The notes under the pieces: model-generated
Databases searched by the model: none
The model's input: only the letters and a program-made list of their open reading frames with translations
What the model was told of the DNA's origin: nothing
Program-made: the position numbers and the translations under genes
Origin: Azolla caroliniana
Taxonomy: Eukaryota > Plantae > Polypodiophyta
DNA length: 64,000 nt
Assembly: GCA_043228905.1 (NCBI GenBank)
Contig: JBHGNT010000017.1
Coordinates: 18,414,001-18,478,000, forward strand
Direction of reading: 5' to 3'
Part shown: piece by piece, positions 35,358-47,200 of the stretch
How the letters are laid out: every line of letters starts with the position of its first letter
Position numbering within the stretch: the first letter of the stretch is position 1

Positions 35358-36768
35358 AGAAAGAAGAAGAAAGAAAGAAAGATATATTAACGTCTTCTAA
35401 GGCCAAAATTGGCCCATGAGACAAATGGTGTACAACAAAAATGGGATATTTACCCATTCATCGAAAGTAAAAATAAAAATAAGATAAAATAGAGTTTAAG
35501 CTAAATAGTTCTAAGAAAACAACAAACATGTTCTATATAAAAAACATGTTCTACAATGAGAATGATTCTATACTAGGCCTAATTTCATTTCCATCCAAGT
35601 CTCTCGAAGAGAAGCGGGGGGTCAAAGGGTTGCCATGATGTGGATGTGGCCCGTGGTCCCCATGTAAGAGGTACCCCAACCATAGCTTCGAGTCGACGTA
35701 GCTCACGTTCCCTTATCTTCTTAATCTTTTCTACTCCACGTTGACTTGTGTTGAAGCCCAACATCCGAGGACGTTTGGTTGCTCTTTGTATTTCTGCTTC
35801 CTCAAGGGAGAGGCCGAGCGGCATAAGTGTATCCACATTCATCGTCTCCCCATGTTCCTGAAAAATTACACTAGGTACATGTTGATGAGTAGTAAAAGGG
35901 TTATGATTAACACTTTGTAATTTATCCTCCCTATGTTGTTTTAGCTCTAAGATATACCTACCTAGTCTCTTTACACTCGGGGTATCTAATAGTTTGGAGA
36001 GGGTGGGAGAGGGTCCTAGTATGTCTTGGTATTCCGCCCGTATCTCGGCATAAGTTGGGCACTTGCATGTGAAGTGATACTCATCCTCTATCTCTATGTG
36101 GCATAACCTACATAGCCTTTCCTCTCTAGGGACTCTATTAGCTCGACCATTCTCAATCTCAAGTTGGTGAGATGATATCCTAAGTTGTCCAATGGCCACC
36201 CTTAGTGCATTTGATAAGAAAGTATCTAGGTATCTTGGTCGTGTAATAAACCCTAACTTAGAGAAGTGCAAGAAGTGTTCCTTATAGTACACCATTTTAG
36301 ATGGGAGTGGCTCTCGTGGGGTGATCCATTTGTATCGAGTGTAGATTTGCCATATTTCTTGGCGTATCACTTTATTACGATCTTCACGAGAGATTAAAGT
36401 TTGATCAGTCCCATGGTTGTACTTAAGGGGAGGTAGGTTATTAATGTCTATGCCATTTGCAAATAACCAACTCACCACAATGCTATACCAAGAGTTGGTG
36501 TCTCCAGACACATGTAAGGATCGGGATGCCTCAAAGGCTCGACGGGATATCCTATCTTGTGGTTGACTATGTATCCGATGAATAAAAGCTACCACTTGAA
36601 AGAGTGCTTCTACTAACATCGGGGGTAGGCTAAACTCCGCTCTAATAATGTCATGTGGTACTGTCGATTTGCTTCGGAGTTGACGTGATAACATCACCAC
36701 TAAAGGTCTCTCCAATTGCGTCCACATGAAAGATGGTAGACCTGGAGCCCATACTACTGATGCATACA
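35358..36768 (-). mobile_element. 5'-truncated LINE (ORF2 C-terminus with CCHC finger, (TTTC)n tail)
   Basis: LRISSHQLEIENGR...CRLC...EDEYHFTCKC; homologous to 42634-43977. Confidence 0.9.
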
Positions 36769-37357
36769 GAGAGAGTGAGAGAGAGGAAGAGGTTGTTGCC
36801 TTTGTTGTAATCGCCGCTTGTGGCGAAGATAGAAAGCTCGAGGTCGTTGCTTCGGTGCTTTACCATTTGTACATTCTGACATAGTGATAGTTTGCAGTCT
36901 GTGGGCTGCCGTGGTTTTTTCCCTAGTTTGGGTTTTTCCACGTTAACATCCTGTGTTCTCTTCTCTCCATTGTGTCATGCATTCATTCCCCGTCTTTCTA
37001 TGTTTTTTTTTATTCTAAGCTCGGTTGTGGCCGAGCGTTGTTCATCGGGAGCGTGTGTTCCTGTCAAACAACACCAGTTACGAAACCATATACAGTTCTT
37101 GTTTATTTGTCTATTCTCTCTCTCTTGCTTGTTCTCTTGTCTAAGCTCTCTCTCCCACTCTCTTAATATTGAGCCTTGTCTACTTGTCCTTGACAATCTT
37201 GTGGTCTTGCTTATGATCTCGCTCTCCCTTAGCCTCATTCCACCCGTTCGTGACAGTTTGTTCACCTTCCCAATTTCTCAGCCTCAGCATGTTAGATCTT
37301 ACCGAGATAATAAATCATTACGGGAATCGTTACGGAAGCTTCAAGTTGGAACACCGA

Positions 37358-37834
37358 TGGAACTCGAAGGAAAAAACAACTCTCCTCCTAAATCAACAAA
37401 TTTTCTGCCTATAGAGCCTGGTTCCTCGTCTAGGCTTTCTCCAACTCCTCCCCATCCCACTACAAGTATGGAGCCCAAGATTAGTTTACTTGACAAGTTC
37501 GATGGCACAAGGAAGCACTTACGAGGGTTCATAAATCAGATCAAGCTTATTATCCAACTACAACCTCAATGGTATGCAAATGATTTTCATCAAGTTGGTC
37601 TCATTGGAACCCTTCTGTCCAGAGCTGCAGAAGCTTGGTTTGCACCATTGGTCGAAACTTCATCACCACTTCTACAAAATTTTCCTGCCTTTTTGGCAGA
37701 GTTTGAGGCAACATTTGGGGATACAGACCGACGCCGAACTAGCATCACCAAACTCTATTCATTACATCAAGGTATGCGTCTGGTATCCATTTATGCCTCT
37801 GAATTTAGACAATTAGCATGTCATGTTTAGTGGG
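37358..37834 (+). pseudogene. Gag N-terminus (PEG10/RTL/Tcn1-like capsid)
   Basis: KFDGTRKHLRGFINQI...GTLLSRAAEAWF...FLAEFEATFGD...LHQG; interrupted at 37835. Confidence 0.85.
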
Positions 37835-40800
37835 TGTTTTCCGTCGGAATCGTAACCGACAAATAGAAGCGTAGAAATATTATAATATAGTAAAGCATTA
37901 AGAAATGCATGTAATGGTTCACGCGGGAAGTGTGAACGGCTAGAAGCACTGTGTATATAAAGGGCAAAAATCCTCTGTAAGAGGGAGCGTGTAATTTTGG
38001 AGTATAGAGTGTTTTCTAATAGAATACTATCTTCTCTAATCTCTGTGCATATCTATGGTTTTCTCTGCTACGTTCTTTGTTTCTCTACTGCATACTGTTA
38101 ATCGTAAGGGTGTAGGCGTAAGTGTGGATACTAGTGCACTTCCTAAGGAGTTCAGTTGTAGCCGTCCCCCTTTTATGCTACTAGGATACAAGGGAGTATC
38201 CCATTACAATTTACGGTAAAACGGTTCTATTCCTTGTAACACAGTCACCTTGAGGTCTATGTCGAAGGACTGAGCGTAGACAATGTTCCTAATCGGTAAC
38301 ACTTTTGGCATGCTTGGTGATCTCTGATTTCTCGCAAACGAACAGCAAGGGATTGATGTCTAGCCATAGACGGCCCAGAGAACCGACCAGACAAGTATGA
38401 CCACTCACGAGGTCCATCACATGCCAGACAGAGGAGTGCGCAAGGCAAAAACCTCGCCTTAGTGATATCTGTCTGGACCACAAAGTCGACTCCATGCTCA
38501 CCCAACACCGCGACGTCAAGCAGGAAGTTCTGTCACCACACAAGTACCGTGATCTTTCCCTGCCCACCATCGCATCCAGAATGGCCTTCTCCTACCCACG
38601 CTTTAATGGCGAAACAGACGCCGCAAGCCACAACCGGCTATTCCTGAATGTTTGGAACGCAAATCACATAGCGCAGCGATTTCCAGAAGAGGAAGCGCAC
38701 CAGTAAAAAATGACAGAGTTTGGCTTAACTCTAGATGGTAGAGCCGCGTTTTGGCATTCACAGATGGATCTACCAGCAATCCACACCTTCAACCAGTTTT
38801 AGTCCGCATTTCTGCGATTTTTTCATCGGAGGGTACCTAAACGCGAAATCATTGGGCAATTCTACACAATCAAGTCGCTGCCAGCAAAATCGGTCACGAA
38901 CTTTAGCTTACGCTTCCAAAATCTACGGCGGAAATTAGAACAAGCCCCGATAGATGACGAGGCTAGGGAAACGTTTTTGGCAGCCCTGCGGCGGCCTATC
39001 AGGACGACGCTCAACACACGTAGTGTGAAAGGGGAAATAGCTAACATGGTCATCGAGCGAGCATTATAGCTTGAGTTGGACGAAGAGGAGGAAGGATTTT
39101 CTCTGCCCTCATTACGACAGGCTTTGCCTCAGGATGAGGAATGCCACTTTCGTCAGCCCATTTAGTGCACGATTTGCCTCAATTCTGGGCATTCCGCGGT
39201 GGAATACAATATGCGAATTCACTACCCAATTTGTCACTCAAAGGCACACACGGTCAAGCAATGTGAGTACAATATTCTGAACAGACCTACGCCCATAGTA
39301 GGACGCGTAGAACCACAACGACCACCTCGCCGAAATGATCTAGGGCGCCAAGAGGAACAACCCCGATATACGATGACCAGTACTACCGTAATCACCGGAA
39401 TAACAACGATTCCAATGAAGAGGAGCCAGAGGAAGAGGAATATCGAGGCAACCACCGGTATAATAAAGGAGGGCATTGTTACGACAACCACCGTTCAACG
39501 AATAAGCGTGGTGGATTCAATGGGCCGCACTCACAAGGAAAGCATTGGCAATACGCGAGGACCTAGCACAAGATTATCGCACACTAGCGGACCAACACTA
39601 TGAGGGACTCGCGTTGTCGTGATGTGGCATGTCTAGTGCGAGAAAAAATCAAAAATTGAGGATCCACACACATTTCACGAATACTTGTAAAAATGAAAAT
39701 AAATAAACCTAGGTCACAATGGCATTGAGTTCATGTAGAGGGTTGCAAGTAGGATTTGAACCTTGCACCTCTAAGATAAGAGGCAATTACCTTACCACTA
39801 AAGCTACTACTAAGTGCTTTAGATGTTCTATATTTCTTTCTCATATTCAGTATTCCGTAGGAAACAAACGAACAAAACCGTGTACACAAAACCACGGTTT
39901 TAAGCCCATGGTTTCCTGCATGTCTCAAAGCAAAACTGTGTGCATAGAAACCATGGCTCCAAGCCCATGGTTTTGTGCATGGACAAGCCTATAAAACCCC
40001 TAGTACGGCTTGTGCAAGGGGGGGGCTCAATATGATATGACCATCATCATCACCATCAATAATATAAGCTTCTATTTCTTCTTCTTCGCATCTATCTTGT
40101 AATTATTTATCTACTTCTCAAAGTGTACAATCTTCAATCTTCTCAAGTGTAATAGGTCTTCCTCCAATCTTACATTCACATCGTCCTCTTCTCAATACCT
40201 TGACGGACATCCTCCTTGGTCCAAGACCCCGGTGGTCCCGCTCAAGCGAAGCACGCTCGCACGCGCATCTTCGCGACAGCATAGCTACTGAACAATTTCG
40301 GCAAAAGTTAGGAGGAATGTTTCATTGAATCATGGAAGCAGGCAGCATGCGGCAAAGAGCGGAGCCCATCGCGATACCGGAAGGTGACACCACCGAACAG
40401 GAGGAACCTCAACTCAATTCACTGGAGAGGACAACTACGGCCGGCAACACTGAGGAAGTAATGGACAGGAAAGAGCCTCAGCCTACGGAGAGCCCGCCGA
40501 TGGAAGAGCCAGCCACAGTAGAATAGAATGAACTAGCAAACCGGGTCCGCCCATGCCAGGAGAAGTTGACGCCATGGAAAACCCCACCAAGAAAGTACAA
40601 GACATGCAATTGTGCAACGACGCGCCTATGGGCACTACGCCGTCCCCGGACCAGTATGTAGGAGCAGAACCAAACATCCGGGATATTTTGGAGGAAGACT
40701 AGAGGGATGGGTCCGATATGCCATGGCACTGTCCCACAGGCGTGCCAGGTGTTGTCTGCCGGAATCATAACCGACGGACAGAAGCGCAGAAACATTATAA

Positions 40801-40905
40801 TATAGTAAAGTGTTAAGAAACGCACGTAATGGTTCACGCGGGAAGCGTGAACAACTAGAAGCCCTGTGTATGTAGAGGGCAGAAATCCTCTGTAAGAGGG
40901 AGCGT
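37835..40905 (+). mobile_element. Decayed relative of the 7993-18000 Gypsy (5' LTR 37835-38241, gag remnant, extra-ORF tail, truncated 3' LTR 40750-40905)
   Basis: FSYPRFNGETDAASH...WNANH and CHSKAHTVKQCEYNILNR align by eye with the intact element's Gag. The two LTR starts are homologous. Confidence 0.85.
39615..40278 (+). mobile_element. Solo LTR of the 4-bp-TSD family
   Basis: TGTCGTGATG...CTTCGCGACA, flanks GCGT/GCAT; inverted homolog of 41457-42172. Confidence 0.75.
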
Positions 40906-42172
40906 ACAAAGTCTTTTCCTCCTCAAGCAGCACTTGGTCTGTGGCGGGGAGACGACGAAACATTTGGTCAAACTCGTCGTACACCCTCAAAGCGCTCATC
41001 CTCTTATTCTTCTTTTCTATCCACTTCATTAAGGCATGTGAAGTCATCCTCGACAAATCTTCTGTCGCGAACTCCACTAATATTGCTCTTTCAAACTCTG
41101 ACCACATTGTCTTCCTTTCTTGAAGCTCGATGACCCGCCTTTGGACGTTGTTGGCGACAAATCGCTTGAAACTTGAGATTTGGCGTGCTTCAGACATGTC
41201 CCTTTGATTCATCTCCCTTTTGTATACATCCAGGAACTTCGTAATGTTCCTTCCATCAAATTGACCCTCGATCTCCACGACACAGTTGACGGCCTTCTCC
41301 ACGCTCGCATCGTTGTCCCGAGATCTCATCATTTGTTCGAAGATTATCATCATTCTTTCGAACTCTCCCATTTGATTGCTTGAGGATGCCATCTCCAAGG
41401 ATTCGTCGATCCTCGTCTTGATCCTTCCTACCGCTTCTTCACGTCACCAAGTAAGATGTCGAGGAAATCCTCGCGTGTTCGCGAAATGAAGCGGGACCAT
41501 CGGAGTCCTGGACCGGAAGGATTCGATGTTTTTAGCAACGTAAGCGAGAAAGTATTGAAGATAGAGGGATGGATGATGAGAGAGAGAGAGAGGTTGAACC
41601 CTTGACTTTAGTTTTACGAGACAAGATATATCACCATTAGGATAACTCAGATCTTTGATTAAAAGTTTTTTTTCACTTACACCACTTGCCTCCCTTACAC
41701 AAGGCCAACTATAGGCTTTTATAGGTCTCTCCATGCAAAAACCATGGGCTAAAACCACGGGGTAAAACCATGGTTTTGTGCCCACAATTTCTATATGTTT
41801 GCTTCCTACAAAATACTGAATATGAAAAGAAAATATACTAATTCTAAAGCACTCAGTAGTGGCTTTAGTGGTAAGTTAATTTGTCTCCTATCTTGGAGGT
41901 GCAAGGTTCAAGCCTTGCTTACACCCCTATGTATGCACTTAAATGTTACTAGCCTTTAGTCTTATTTTTATATTTACAATTGAGCGCACATCACATGTGC
42001 ACATTATTTAACTTTACATCTAGCTTTTCTTTTAGGATTCTCATTTCAGTCTTATTTACAACATGCTAGCATATGTGTGTGGCCTTCACCCCTTTCACAC
42101 GTGCACATTGCACCTTCGCGATTTCGTTCGTTGTACACAATTTTCACACCGTTGCCAAAAATCTTCCCGACA
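40906..42172 (-). mobile_element. 5' LTR (41457-42172), candidate PBS (TGGTGACG) and gag N-terminus (41398-40906) of the 4-bp-TSD family
   Basis: LTR TG...CA; minus-strand TCTTACTTGGTGACGT follows the LTR; gag-like FDGRNITKFLDVYKREM...WSEFERAIL. Confidence 0.8.
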
Positions 42173-42635
42173 TCGCTACACAGAGCAAGTTGACCGTCTT
42201 CGCTTAGATGCTCCCCGGTTCGAGGTAGATGACTTTGTTTGGCTTCTCCGTCGCAATATTTCCACCACTCGTCCTTGTCCGAAGCTTGATTACAAGAAGT
42301 TAGGCCCTTTCCGAATCATTGAGAAAATTGTTTCCATGGCTATCCGCTTAGAGCTACCATCCCACTTCCGTATTCAATGTATTCCATGTCTCCCATCCCA
42401 CTTCCGATCGACACCCATCCAGTTCTCTATTGAAGAAGAATATGAGGTCGACCAAATTCTCGACTCTCATCTCTTCCGTCGCCAGCTTCAATACCTTGTC
42501 CTCTGGAAAGGGTACCTTATCTCCAAAGCATCATGGGATTTGACACATCATCTCAAGCATGCCCCGGACATAGTTCGAGCATTTCATGAACGTTATCCAC
42601 AAAAACCGGTCGTGGGTCCTAGGAGGCAGACTTAG
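42173..42635 (+). pseudogene. Integrase C-terminus (GPF) plus chromodomain of the Tcn1-like element
   Basis: KLDYKKLGPFRII...EEYEVDQILDS...QYLVLWKGY...SW. Confidence 0.9.
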
Positions 42636-44281
42636 AAAGAGAGAAAGAAAGAAAGAAAGATATATTAACGTCTTCTAAGGCCAAATTTGACCCATGAGAC
42701 AAATGTTTTACAAAAAATGGGATATTTACCCATTCATGAAAAGTAAAAAATCAAAATAAGTTAAAAAATAGTTCGAAAAAAAAACATGTTCTACAATGAA
42801 AATATGTTATACTAGGCCTAATTTCATTTCCATCCAAGTCTCTCGAAGAGAAGCCAGAGGTCAAAGGGTTGCGATGTGGATGTGGCCCGTGGTCCCAATG
42901 TAAAAGGTACCCCAACCATAGCTTCTAGTCGATGTAGCTCACGTTCCTTTATCTTCTTAATCTTTTCTACTCCACGTCAACTTGTTTTGAAGCCCAACAT
43001 CCGAGGGCGTTTGGTAGTTCTTTGTATTTCTACTTCCTCAAGGGAGAGGCCGAGCGGCATAAGTGTATCCACATTCATCATCTCCCCTTGTTCCTGAAAA
43101 ATTACACTAGTTACATGTTGATGAATAGTAAAAGGGTTATGATTAACACTTTGTAATTTATTCTCCCTATGTTGTTTTAGCTCTAAGATATACCTACCTA
43201 GTCATTTTACACTCGAGGTATCTAATAGTTTGGAGAGGATGGGAGAGGGTCCTAACATGTCTTGGTATTCCACTTGTATTTCGGCATAAGTTGGGCACTT
43301 GCATGTGAAGTGATACTCATCCTCTATCTCTATGTGGCATAACCTACATAGCCTTTCCTCTCTAGGGACTCTATTAGCTCGACCATTCTCAATCTCAAGT
43401 TGGTGAGATGATATCCTAAGTTGTCCAATGGCCACCCTTAGTGCATTTGATAAGAATGTATCTAGATATGTTGGTCGTGTAATAAAACCTAACTTAGAGA
43501 AGTGCAAGAAGTGTTCCTTATAGTACAACATTTTAGATGGGAGTGGCTCTCGTGGGGTGATCCATTTATATCGAGTGTAAATTTGCGGTCTTCATGAGAG
43601 ATTAGAGTTTGATCAATCCCATGGTTGTACTTAAGGGGAGGTAGGTTATTAATGTCTATGTCGTTTGCAAGTAACCAACTCACCACAATGCTATACCAAG
43701 AGCTAGTGTCTCCAGATGCATGTAGGGATCGGGATGCCTCAAAGGCTCGACAGGATATCCTGATTGTGGTTAGTTATGTATCCGATGAATAAAAACTACC
43801 ATTTGAAAGAGTGCTTCTACTAACATCAGGGGTTGACCAAACTCTGCTCTAATAATGTCATGTGGTACTGTTGATTTGCTTCGGAGTTGACGTGATAACA
43901 TCGTCACCAAAGGTCTCTCTAATTGCGTCCACATGAAGGATGGTAGACCTGGAGCCCATACTACTGATGCATACATGAGGGAAGGGGTCAGTAATGAGTC
44001 GAAGAGCTGGATCCCTTAGTCTGTGGCTCTTGAAAGTATGTCTGGTGGCATTGTCTCTCTAAGAGTGAGAGGGATGCATACCCTCTCGTTAGCCTATCTT
44101 TGGTTGCCTAGGTCATCGAGAATTTACCTGAGCAAGCACTAAAGTGACTCCCAAGTATACATATGATCCCACTACCTCAACTAGTTTATGAGAGAGGGTT
44201 AGGTGACATTTACTCCTAACTCGAGACAATGTATGAAAGATAAGGACTTTAGTTTTCGTTAGATTCACGACTAGTCCTCGT

Positions 44282-47200
44282 TGTCGAATACAAGTGTATA
44301 ATGGACGTATTCACACTATCCCTTTGTATAGATCAAGTTTGGGCCATTTGTGTAATTAGCATAAATGGTAGATGCCCTAAGTCTGTCATTATATATAGTG
44401 ACCTTGTAACCTTTTTGTAAGGTTGGGTTGTATTATTGCTTTATGGAATAGAAAGAGTCGTTTTGTGCCTCTCTCTCTCTCTCTCTCTCTCTATCTCTGT
44501 GCAACGACCTAGAAACTGTCATACGCAGGTACAGAACAGAATCGAATGCTTCTTGATCTTCCGCATAGACAACCTTGTCTCCAACATCTGGTATCAGAGC
44601 CTGCACAGTATTCGGTCCTTCAATCCGCTGTCGGACGTCGTCTCAGCCTGCACAGCATTCGGTTTCCTGCGTCATTCGAAGAAGAGAGAAGAAGAAGAAA
44701 AAAACGAGGCTTGCATCTCATCGCGTTAGATCATCTTCGCTTGGAGTAAGCCAGCCGGTTGTACTCTGTTTCTTGTGATCGTAACCGCTCGAGGTGAAAT
44801 CCCCTTGTGCAACATTGACACGATCGTGCTCCACTCGGTTAAACGGCATCCGAAGAGGTCATCAAACGCTGCTCGCCGCTCATTGTAACCACTCGGTGCA
44901 GATCGGTCTCAAGACAACAACCCCAATTCGTGCTTCATCCGGCTGATCGACATTCGAGAGGATTGGATCCGTCTCTCTCGTCGCTGCAGTCACCCGAAGC
45001 AGAATCGGTCCAGACAATCGGATTCAATAATCGGTATTTGGCATATATATTCGGAAGCGAACCGGGCTCACTCCGACTCGGCAACATTCGGGAAGACCAG
45101 TCGGTTCTGTCCCTCAAGTTACCGGAGTCAATTCGAGCAAGTTCAACAATACATATATCCGAAGCCGAACTGACTTGGGTTCAAATCCGACTAGAACGAT
45201 ATCGGGTGAGCCAACCGGCTGCACTCCAACAAGGTTCGTAGTCAACTCCGAACCGAGCTTCGTCAACCGAAACCAAATTTGATGGCATCAACATCCAGCT
45301 CGTCAGAAATGAGTCTACGAAAGTTCGATGGATTGAACTTCAACTTCTGGAAGGAGCAAATGCAGGACTATCTCATAGTCAAGGGGCAAATCGATCCCAT
45401 CGAAAATGAAGAACCTCCAGAAGGATACAAACCAATTGAGTGGCAGAAGCTGGACAGAATCGTCCGCGCCACGATTCGGATGCACCTATCGGAATCGGTA
45501 TACTTTACGGTGCAATCGTGTACGACAGCATTCGAACTGTGGAAAACACTGTCGGACACCTACGAAAAGAAGGTCGCTACAACGAAGATGTTTCTGATCC
45601 GGCGCCTCTACAACTTGCGGATGAAAGAATCTGATTCGGTTCAAGCACATCTCAATGAGTACGAAAGCATAAGCTCCCAAATCTCGTCACAGGGGACGGC
45701 AATCGAGGATGAACTCAGAGCAATGATACTCATGAGCAGCCTTCCCTCATCATGGGAAACTTTCGTCACAACCATGTGCAACGCGTCAACCACGGCTGTT
45801 AAATACTCCGAAGTCACGAGCGCAATCCTGACCGAAGCAGCTCGGAGAAAGTCTTTCGCCAAAGACTCAACAGACGACGCTTACGTAGTACAAGGTTCGA
45901 CAGACCGATCGAACATACGAGGAAGAGATTCCTCACGGCCGCCGAACAATCAGCGAAGACGGAGCCAGTCACGGGATAATCGAATCTGCAACTATTGCAA
46001 GAAACCCGGACACATCAAAGCCGACTGCCGCGCACTCAAGAACAAGAACGACAAGTCTCAGAGATCAGACAAGAAGAGTGGCCGGCATGAGGAGATCAAT
46101 TACGTCAGCTTCTCAGCTGATGTGCTACCAAACGACCCGAATATACTATCAATCGAAAATCCAGTCGGATCAGAAGTTCTGCTCACGACTGAAGAATCGA
46201 GCACATGGCTCTTAGATTCGGGCGCGTCATTTCACGTGACTCCTCATCGATCCCAATTTCGGCAATATACGATTCGTCACTCCGACTCAGTTCGAGTCGG
46301 TAACTCGCAACACTGTGACATCATTGGAATCGGCACAGTAGAGCTCAACCTTGCAGGTGGCTCTACACTTGTACTTCACAATGTCCGACATGTACCCGAG
46401 CTCTCAAGGCCATTGATCTCAGTCGGACAACTAGATGAAGATGGCATTCGTGCCGGTTTTTCTTCGGGAGGGTGGACACTCCACAGGGGGAACCTCCTGC
46501 TTGCTAGAGGACCCAAGATATACTCACTGTATCCGTTACATGTTACGCTCAGAGAGGGTAACCTGTTTTTGGTGGATATTCCTGTGTCATCACTATGGCA
46601 CAGAAGATTAGGACACCTCAGCAAGGCCGGCATTACGCATCTATCTAGAGCCGGATACATCCCTAAACTCTCCTTCTTCGACCATCAATTCTGCGAGCAT
46701 TGCCAGTATGGCAAACAAGCAGCCGCATCACACCCGACATCAGCACCAAGAGAAACGAGACCTCTCGATTTGGTCCACTCGGACGTCTGTGGCCCAATGC
46801 CGCATCAGTCTCTCGGCGGTGCCTCTTACTTCGTCAGTTTTATTGACGATTCGACTCGAAAGGTGTGGGCTTATCCAATTCGCACCAAAGATCGTGTCTT
46901 CTCGATCTTCTCCGATTGGCTCGCTATGGTAGAAAATCAAACCGACCGAAAACTGAAATGCTTTCGGACCGACAATGGGGGAGAGTTCAAATCAGAAGAA
47001 TTCGTCAAATTCTGCCGACAACGCGGCATCCGACGTGAATTTACGGCACCACACAGTCCGGAGCAAAACGGGATTGCCGAACGCATGAATCGGACAATCC
47101 AAGAACGGATAGTTTCCATGCTCCAACACTCCGGACTGTCAGATGGCTTCTGGGCAGAGGCTCTACTCACGGCAGTACACATAATCAATATGTCGCCAAG

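Larger units (their letters stand above)
34897..37066 (+). mobile_element. Solo LTR (Copia-like) interrupted by a LINE
   Basis: TGTTAGGAA...TTCCTGTCA termini, TSD AATAA/AACAA. Start resembles the solo LTR at 63207. Confidence 0.8.

Noticed and set aside
36892-37830. 312-aa ORF as a membrane protein
   Set aside because: Chimeric read-through of pyrimidine-rich LTR sequence into gag.
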